Source: Podarcis vaucheri (taxonomy: Eukaryota). Taken from it: a stretch of DNA of 64,000 nucleotides. Location of the stretch: assembly GCA_965113315.1 (NCBI GenBank), contig OZ220369.1; one strand, 5' to 3'. The notes under the pieces are model-generated. The model ran no database searches. It was not told the origin of the DNA and saw only the letters and a program-made list of their open reading frames with translations. A program made the translations under genes and the position numbers. Below, one piece after another: positions 57,801-64,000 of this stretch; position 1 is the first letter of the stretch, and every line of letters starts with the position of its first letter.

Positions 57801-60800
57801 ATGCAGCTCCAAGCTGGGATGCCTTCTGTCGGGTGGGGGCAGGGTGCATGTCAGCATTTTCCTCTCCGTGTGATCCAGAGGCATGCAGCTGCCAGGAACA
57901 ATTGCTGCAGCCCTTCCCAGGCTTTGGAAGACCTCTGTTTTTCTTTATTTCCAGCCTGTTTATAGCAACGGTTCTAGCGGTTACGGAAGCCTTATTAGCA
58001 ATGGATCTTACGAGCACTACATCAGTGTGGCGTCTTCCAGTGACTCCAATGGGAACTGTGCGGAGGAAATAGAGAGAGAACTGGTGAGTCTCTGGTCATT
58101 CACAACCAGCCTGCAGTACAGGTAGCGGCTGGGGGGCGGTGTTGTGGGGGTGCCTCTTGCCTGTTAACTAGCAAGGAAGCTTACGAAGGAAATGGATTTA
58201 GAGGGGTTTGAGTCAATGTGTATTCTATTTAATTTTAAAATTATTTGTAAACTGCTCTTTGTCAAAGAGACAGAGGCCCTCTGCCATTAAATATACCCAG
58301 TAATGGGGCCAAGTCTACAAGCTGACCATGGCTACAGCATCCTGCCATTTTTTTTGTACTGCTGTTTGTGTTCCACTGTTCCCTTCCCACCCACCCTTGC
58401 TTTTGTGTAACATCTTGCCTCTTGAAGAGGCCCGGAGAGAACTTGAAATCCCCACACACCTTTGCAACGGCTTGCTTTGTCCTAGTGAAAGTCTTGGCCA
58501 GCTGTGGGTTTGGTAGATTTCTCTTATGGACCAATATTGCTACCTTTGCTTCATTCATCCTTTGTCCCCCCTGCCCCAGATGTCCTTACAGCAGATCTTT
58601 GTGGATGCCAACAGACTCAAGAATGTAGGTCAGCAGCTGTACATTGAATCACACAGTAAGCCTCAAGATGGAACTCCCAGGGCAGAGCAGCCAGGAGGTG
58701 AGTTCATGGGGGCGACAATGGCCAGGGAGTGGAAGGGATGCATCGTTGAGGGTGCCTGCCCCAAGATGGGGGAAATGGTCCAAGACAGATTGATCTTTGG
58801 GGACAACAAACATTATAATCTGGAGCCAATGGGAATGACATTGAGACCAGGGGCAAGTGGCCAAGTGGTGGTGGTCGCCCCACTCCATTGTAAGGGACGT
58901 TTTCTTTCCCCCTCCCCCCTCTCCCAATTTTCTAGACCAAAACCCGGGTGCTCCCCCTTTGACTCTCATTGACCCACCAGCTGAATCTTGTGATGTTTTG
59001 AGAAGCACCAACCACGTCCTGTCCTATCAGCAAATTAACTGTATGGACAGCATCATCAGGTAATAACAACATGGCGTCTCAGAAGGTGTCAATGCTCCTG
59101 AAGTCTTGACTTCCTCCTCAGTCCCTGCTAGGCATTTCTCATGCCAGCAAAATTCAGTTTCTGTACCTCGTAAAAAGAAGAGTGATCTGTCTGTGAGGCC
59201 CTCGGAATAAGGTTGTGCTGCTTTCTCTGGTGAATCATGTTATTTCCCCTTTTTCCATTGTTTTGGACTACTTAGCCTTCCTTTCTACAGCCTCAGGGAT
59301 CTCAAAGCAGGTTGGGGCAGGGGGAGACATAAATACAGTCATACCTTGGTTTTCGAACTGCTTAGCTCTCGAACGTTTTGGCTCCCAAACGCCGCAAACC
59401 CAGAAGTGACTGTTTTGGTTTGTGAACTATTTTTGGAAGCTGAATGTCTGACAGGGCTCCTGCGGCTGCTGATTGGCTGCTTTGGTTTTCGAACGTTTTG
59501 GAAGTTGAACAGACTTCCGGAACAGATTCCGTTCAACTTCCAAGGTACGGCTGTAAATAGAAACGTTTATCAAAATAAAACCACGCTCAATTCTAGTAGT
59601 GTGGCAGAAATTATATAGTGTCTGTATGGAAACAGGATTATATTCAGGCAATTCCTAGTATCATCCTAGGCACCAGTAGCTCCCCCCACAAAAAAAAACC
59701 TTGAGGTCAGCGGGTGGGGCTGAGCAGCTAGATCTCTCTAGTTTGCTCTTCTGTTGGCATCATTAGGCCATTCTGTTTGTATGTTTGAGTGTGGTGTTTT
59801 ATGTTTTCCCTAACAGACCAATGTATTAAGCATAGAAGTGCTTGATAGAATTTCCCCACTTTCTAAAGTGTCAGAGGACCATGGGTGGGGGGCGCGAAGA
59901 GAATGCCTGCATAAATTCAATGAAACAGAGGGTTGGATTGATCCTGATCTTTGAAACTTGCCTACTCCTTCGCTCCCATTCTGATTGGCTGGGTGAACAG
60001 CTTATATTCACGGACGTAGAATAGGAAGATGCTCATGCTAGGCTCCTGATTGCAGATACCTGGAGAGTTGCAACAGTCCCGCCCTGAAAAGGAAGTGCGA
60101 GTCCTCTACCAATGCATCCTCTTCGTCCTCCGATGACGACAAGCAGGCTCACCTATGCCAGAATAACAAGCAAATCTTGGAAGGTGAGAGGGAGCTCAGG
60201 AAGGTTGTCAAGAGTTGTTTCAGTTTGCTGGCAGCGCAGCTGGAGGGTGCTGGTGGTAGCTGTGCTAATGGCTGTTTCTGCCAATATGTTCCAGCACTTC
60301 ATGTGCTCTGTGGAAATGACTTCCTACACAGATACTTTTTTCCCATTTGAAAGCCCCACATTTATATTGATCAACTGGCTTGTCTTGGCTGTGCTTTTGT
60401 TGCGTCGTATTTTTGAAAGCATTTGCTTTAAGGTTTTTAAGTGGAGGTTGGATGGCCATCCATCTTGGATGCTGTAGTTGAGATTCCTTCATTGCAAGGG
60501 CTTGAGCCATACGAAGCTCAGGGGTCCCTTCCAACTCGACAGGTCTATGATTCTTCTCCCACTAGATGCTGCTGAGCTGCCCTTGGTTGATTCCCAGCCA
60601 AATGTGACACCCAACCTGGAAGGCAACGTAGAGCAGCAGGCCCCAGCAAGGGTGGTGAGCGGCGCTGCTGCAATGACTGACCTGGCGCTGACTGCCAAAG
60701 CATTGAGCGTGGTGTCCGCAACCAGCCAGTGCAGCTACAGCAGCACCCTGGTCCACTTCCCACACCCGGAGTCAGGTAGGTTGGCAGACGGATCTTGCTC

Positions 60801-63485
60801 CTCTCCTGAGAAAAACACACAAACCTCCAAGCTCCTTTGCTTACCCACCCACCTCCTCTGGATGCTGTCCCTGTCCTCCGGCAGCGGTGTAGGAACCTCA
60901 CTCAGTGATTGTGGGGGACAAATTGCTTCCTGTTTATGGGCACCATCCACTGCAATGAGCACCAGTCACCTGGATTTCAGGTAGGGACCTTCCAGTTCTG
61001 TTCCAGGGAGCACACTTATTCACAGCAGTGCTTAGAGTTCCTTTGGCCTTCCTTACTTTGCCTGGCTAGACATTTGGGCCTAAGTAGGAGAGGGAGGTCC
61101 AGTGCCCAACCAACCGAGAGTCCCAAACGCCTTCTCCACCACCACTTCCTCCTCCTCCTCTTTTTCCCCATATCATTCCTGTGCAGCAGATTCTCGGCGG
61201 GATAACTTTGATTCAGATGCTGTCAATCAAACGGTATCTGAGTTGCCTTCCATGTGGCATGTGGCTCCCCCTTTTGCAGCCTGAATAATCCATTCCGGTA
61301 GCCCTGCACAACATCTAGGTGAATATTTGGGTGGCAGAGAAGGAGGTTCCCGAGTGTTGTCGGCTGCCTCCTCGGGAAAGTGTGTCTGACTGTCCTCCTC
61401 CTACCCCTCACAGAAGCCACGGCGCTTGAAGAAGCCACTCTGCAAGGTGAGCAGGTGGAGCCATCGCTGGCCAACCCCACACCCAGCGCAGCTGGGGCTG
61501 GGGCTGGAGCCACCCTGGAGGAAGTCAGGCTAGTGGGGCTCACCAAAGAGGTCTTGTCGGCTCACACGCAAAAGAAGGAGCAGGAATATGTGGACCGCTT
61601 CCGCCAGAGGGCCCTGCTGTCCTCATACCGGCCAGCCTACCTCCAGCACGGAGGGGCCAGGAGCAGCCAGCCTCCTTCCCAGGACCAAGGTAGGAACCAA
61701 GTGAGCATCAATGGTGGGAGAGGCAGAGCTGTGGCAGCTCCCCAAAGTGCTCTTGCTCTCCTCCCTACAGGCCACTGAAACCTGCTTCTCTGTGTTTAGG
61801 GAAATAGCCCTCCCCATATTCTTGAATGGTGTGTGTTAGGGGAAGAATTTAGCTTAGGGGCTTAGAGAGGTCTCTCTCTATTTGGCTAGGGAACAGGGTG
61901 CTATGAGTGCTAGAAGCCAGCTTGCTTGCTGCTGTACCCAAGAATACAGCCTGTGCCATGTTGCAGTTGTAGCCTAGGTTGCAGATTACACTCATAATGT
62001 GAGCAGCAGAGGCACAGCCAGAGACGCATCTTTATTGTGAGAGCAAAATGAAAGGTAGTTTTTGGATTGACTGAGAAGGGAGGAAGGGAATGAGAAGCGA
62101 GCAGCAATGAGGCAGAGGAGGCTGGAAAGTGAGAGAGTTTCCTTCCTTATATCTAAGAAATATGTCGGGGTAAGGGTGGGGGAACGAAGGTTTTTCAGCG
62201 GCAAGAAGAAGAGGCTTCTTGCAGGCAGTCTTTGCTGAGGGCAGAACGAGGCCCCCAAAGAGCCAGGCCAGGCTTCTGCATTCATCTCCTGACAGCGCCT
62301 TGAGAGAAGCGGTTCAGGGGTTCAAAGAGGCTCCCAGCTAGGACTTCTGCAGGCCCAAGAGCTGAGCAGAAGAGGGTATGCCAAGAGGACTGCACCTGAA
62401 ACCACAAAGTGGTGCCGCCTTGCCGGAGCCACCAAACTGTTGCCCTCTAGTTGCTGTTGGGCTCCAACTCTCTTCCCCTGAGTGGAGAGCACCTGCTGGG
62501 GGGAGGACTGCAGGAGAGGGGGTGGGGAGAGGGCCTTAGGGTCAGGCAGGTGTCAGGAAGGGCAGTGTGACTGCCTGCTTTCTATCCTCAACTGGGAACC
62601 GGTGCTATTCTGCGCCTCTCCTACTGTCTATGGCAAAAGCACTCTTGGCTTAACCTGTCCTTGAACGGTCAGTCTTGGTCACCTAAACAAAGGGTGCTGC
62701 TCCCGCCTGCATCTCTCTCTCTCTCTCTCTCTCTCTTCACAATTTCCCCGCCTTTGGCTTCTTCCTCTGCAGACGATGTCTCTCCAAAGCAGACCAGGCC
62801 GGTGGGCTGGAAAAGGAAGACCAAGCCGGGGAAGTTCAAGCGCCAGAAACCACTGGGCTCCCCCGACAGCAGGAGTGGTGCTTGGGAGGCAGATGCTTCC
62901 CAGGGACCCCACCCTGGGGCCCCAAGCTTCACCCTCCCTGCCGATCCTTATGCAGCAACGCCTGGTTTCCCTGTTGCCTCTCTGGGAGGAGGCCCTGTCT
63001 TGCCGCCTTCTGCCACTGCAGCAGCCCCAGCCACCCCACCTTACCTGCCCTGCAGCATCCAGCCCCTCCCAGCATTCCCTGCTCCATACATGGGCGGCTT
63101 CATGACTGTCCTCTTTCAGAATTTCCCAGCATATCCTCTGCCACCGCCGCCTCTTTTCCCCCCTCCGCCTTCCTTCCCTGCGCAGCTCTTCCCCTGCCCC
63201 TCTGCTACTTCCTACCCCTGCCCTGTGATGCCCCCGGGCCCTCCTTCCTCACTCCCCGTGGCAGCGCCAGGCCCCATGGAGCACCCTTCGCCCCCCTCTA
63301 CCCCAGTGTCTGCTGCTGAGGAAGAGCAGGCTGCATCCTCGGGGGACCCGCCCCACCAGAGGCTCTTCAGCAACTCCCGGAGCAGCTCCCCTCTGCAGCT
63401 GGACCTGCTTCAAGAAGAGCTGCCCAAACCGCTGGAGCTGTCCGGCACAGCACAGGCCCCCCTGGCAGGCACAGGGGCCATGTGT
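48536..63485 (+). CDS. PER3: Period circadian protein 3, 17 coding exons (PAS-A, PAS-B/PAC, CK1-binding region, proline-rich region); continues right of the window
   Basis: Phase-consistent exon chain matching recalled PER3 (e.g. [32 protein letters not shown]); position next to VAMP3. Confidence 0.95.
50030..50187 (+). CDS. PER3: PER3 exon (SELLC...[13 protein letters not shown])
   Basis: ctgcag|t ... caag|gtacgt. Confidence 0.92.
50630..50745 (+). CDS. PER3: PER3 exon (ADNK...SEHTPKNT)
   Basis: caccag|ct ... aca|gtaagt. Confidence 0.93.
51582..51783 (+). CDS. PER3: PER3 exon, PAS-A ([12 protein letters not shown]...)
   Basis: ctccag|gac ... aaag|gtgaat. Confidence 0.95.
52955..53003 (+). 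CDS. PER3: PER3 exon ([17 protein letters not shown])
   Basis: ttacag|ac ... taag|gtgagt; 49 nt. Confidence 0.93.
53454..53596 (+). CDS. PER3: PER3 exon (GGKGQ...EKIHSGYE), GC donor
   Basis: ttgcag|g ... gaag|gcaaga. Confidence 0.9.
54196..54274 (+). CDS. PER3: PER3 exon, PAS-B ([19 protein letters not shown]...)
   Basis: tgttag|ct ... acag|gtgacg. Confidence 0.95.
54840..54946 (+). CDS. PER3: PER3 exon ([12 protein letters not shown]...)
   Basis: tttcag|g ... aaag|gtaagt. Confidence 0.95.
55500..55770 (-). mobile_element. Nested SINEs: a tRNA/CR1-tail SINE (about 55559-55705) inside another tRNA-derived SINE
   Basis: tcatagaatcagagttggaaggg tail and gggattgaacc box, flanked by the two halves of the 9365-type SINE. 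Confidence 0.65.
55923..56079 (+). CDS. PER3: PER3 exon ([14 protein letters not shown]...GRHKVRT)
   Basis: actcag|tt ... gaac|gtaagc. Confidence 0.96.
57683..57788 (+). CDS. PER3: PER3 exon (SPLNEDVF...IYKLLLQ), NES region
   Basis: ttgcag|g ... caa|gtacgg. Confidence 0.95.
57955..58083 (+). CDS. PER3: PER3 exon with the SSGYGS phosphodegron
   Basis: ttccag|cct ... ctg|gtgagt. Confidence 0.95.
58580..58697 (+). CDS. PER3: PER3 exon (MSLQQIF...GQQLYIES...)
   Basis: ccccag|atg ... ggag|gtgagt. Confidence 0.93.
58936..59059 (+). CDS. PER3: PER3 exon (...[13 protein letters not shown]), CK1BD-A
   Basis: ttctag|ac ... tcag|gtaata. Confidence 0.9.
59336..59553. mobile_element. Tc1/mariner (Tigger-like) MITE
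   Basis: TA TSD; TIRs CAGTCATACCTTGG / CCAAGGTACGGCTG. Confidence 0.82.
60056..60183 (+). CDS. PER3: PER3 exon ([14 protein letters not shown]...)
   Basis: ttgcag|a ... gaag|gtgaga. Confidence 0.93.
60432..60554 (+). mobile_element. CR1-type 3' tail abutting a PER3 splice acceptor
   Basis: ggaggttggatggccatc...ggtcccttccaactc...tctatgattct. Confidence 0.75.
60566..60775 (+). CDS. PER3: PER3 exon with a FASP-type serine array
   Basis: cactag|at ... tcag|gtaggt. Confidence 0.9.
61414..61689 (+). CDS. PER3: PER3 exon (...[14 protein letters not shown]...), CK1BD-B
   Basis: tcacag|aa ... caag|gtagga. Confidence 0.92.
62773..63485 (+). CDS. PER3: PER3 exon (basic NLS-like stretch, proline-rich region, [15 protein letters not shown])
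   Basis: ctgcag|ac ... tgt|gtaagt. Confidence 0.9.
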
Positions 63486-64000
63486 GTAAGTTCCTGCAAG
63501 AGGCATCCCGGGTCAGGTTTTGGGAAGGGTTCGCTGCCAATGGTAGCAGATTCAGGGGGGAAATAGCGTAGTGCGCAAGGAATGCCACTCCCTACAACCC
63601 CAGTTGTTTTCTTGCTCCATGGGCCACAGAAGGAGCTTCTCCGTCACAGATCTGTGGGGCCTTGTGAAGCTGGTGGTGGGGCATCCCACCCAGAGATCCT
63701 TGCAGTCCATGCTGCTTATTCCGCTTGGGTTTGGGTGGTGCTCTGCACATGGGGCACGGCAGCTTCAAACATGGCAATTCATTCCTCCTCCCCCCCCCCT
63801 TTCTGTCCTGGTCCTTCTGGCTCTTTCGGGAGCCGCCTAACAGCAGACGGTGGTTGTTCTAATTACGCCCTCTGTCTCCCAGGGATGCAGCTAAGGAGCG
63901 AAGAACAGGGACTTCCTGCGTTGGGTCGGTTTCCGTTCCGCTGTGTTCTCAGAGGTGGGAATCTGAGCTCTGCAGGCAAAGAGGAAAAAATGTATTGGCT

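Noticed and set aside
62773-63485. PER3 coding VNTR
   Set aside because: The 54-bp VNTR is primate-specific and lies further 3'; no tandem unit is seen here, only proline-rich low complexity
63883-63953. Next PER3 exon after a good-looking acceptor (tctcccag)
   Set aside because: Phase-0 splicing from 63485 gives G-C-S-stop, and no frame resembles the expected PER3 continuation; the true exon is probably beyond the window
1-64000. CRISPR arrays, operons or other prokaryotic or viral systems
   Set aside because: The sequence is intron-rich vertebrate DNA with no regularly spaced repeat-spacer structure

Overview
This is vertebrate genomic DNA, most likely from a lacertid lizard, judged from a near full-length Sauria/POM-type SINE and other squamate-type repeats. 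It carries the conserved + strand gene order CAMTA1 - VAMP3 - PER3. The window holds the last 11 coding exons and long 3' UTR of CAMTA1, the complete 5-exon VAMP3 gene (103 aa), and the promoter plus 17 coding exons of PER3, which runs off the right edge. I read exon boundaries from splice signals and checked that reading phases are continuous. Protein identities and all comparisons with human or mouse sequences are from memory, not from a database search. There are no prokaryotic systems or CRISPR arrays, and most ORFs in the supplied track are spurious. The most interesting observations are: (1) five substitutions in the normally near-invariant VAMP3 SNARE core, at or beside clostridial neurotoxin cleavage and recognition sites; (2) two CAMTA1 micro-exons missed by the ORF track, a 21-nt IQ spacer and a 31-nt C-terminal frame switch, both with neural splicing motifs; (3) a PER3 that keeps PER1/PER2-like phosphoswitch motifs and promoter layout; (4) a GC-AG intron in PER3; (5) a dense miR-124 site cluster in the VAMP3 3' UTR; (6) a solo LTR between VAMP3 and PER3.
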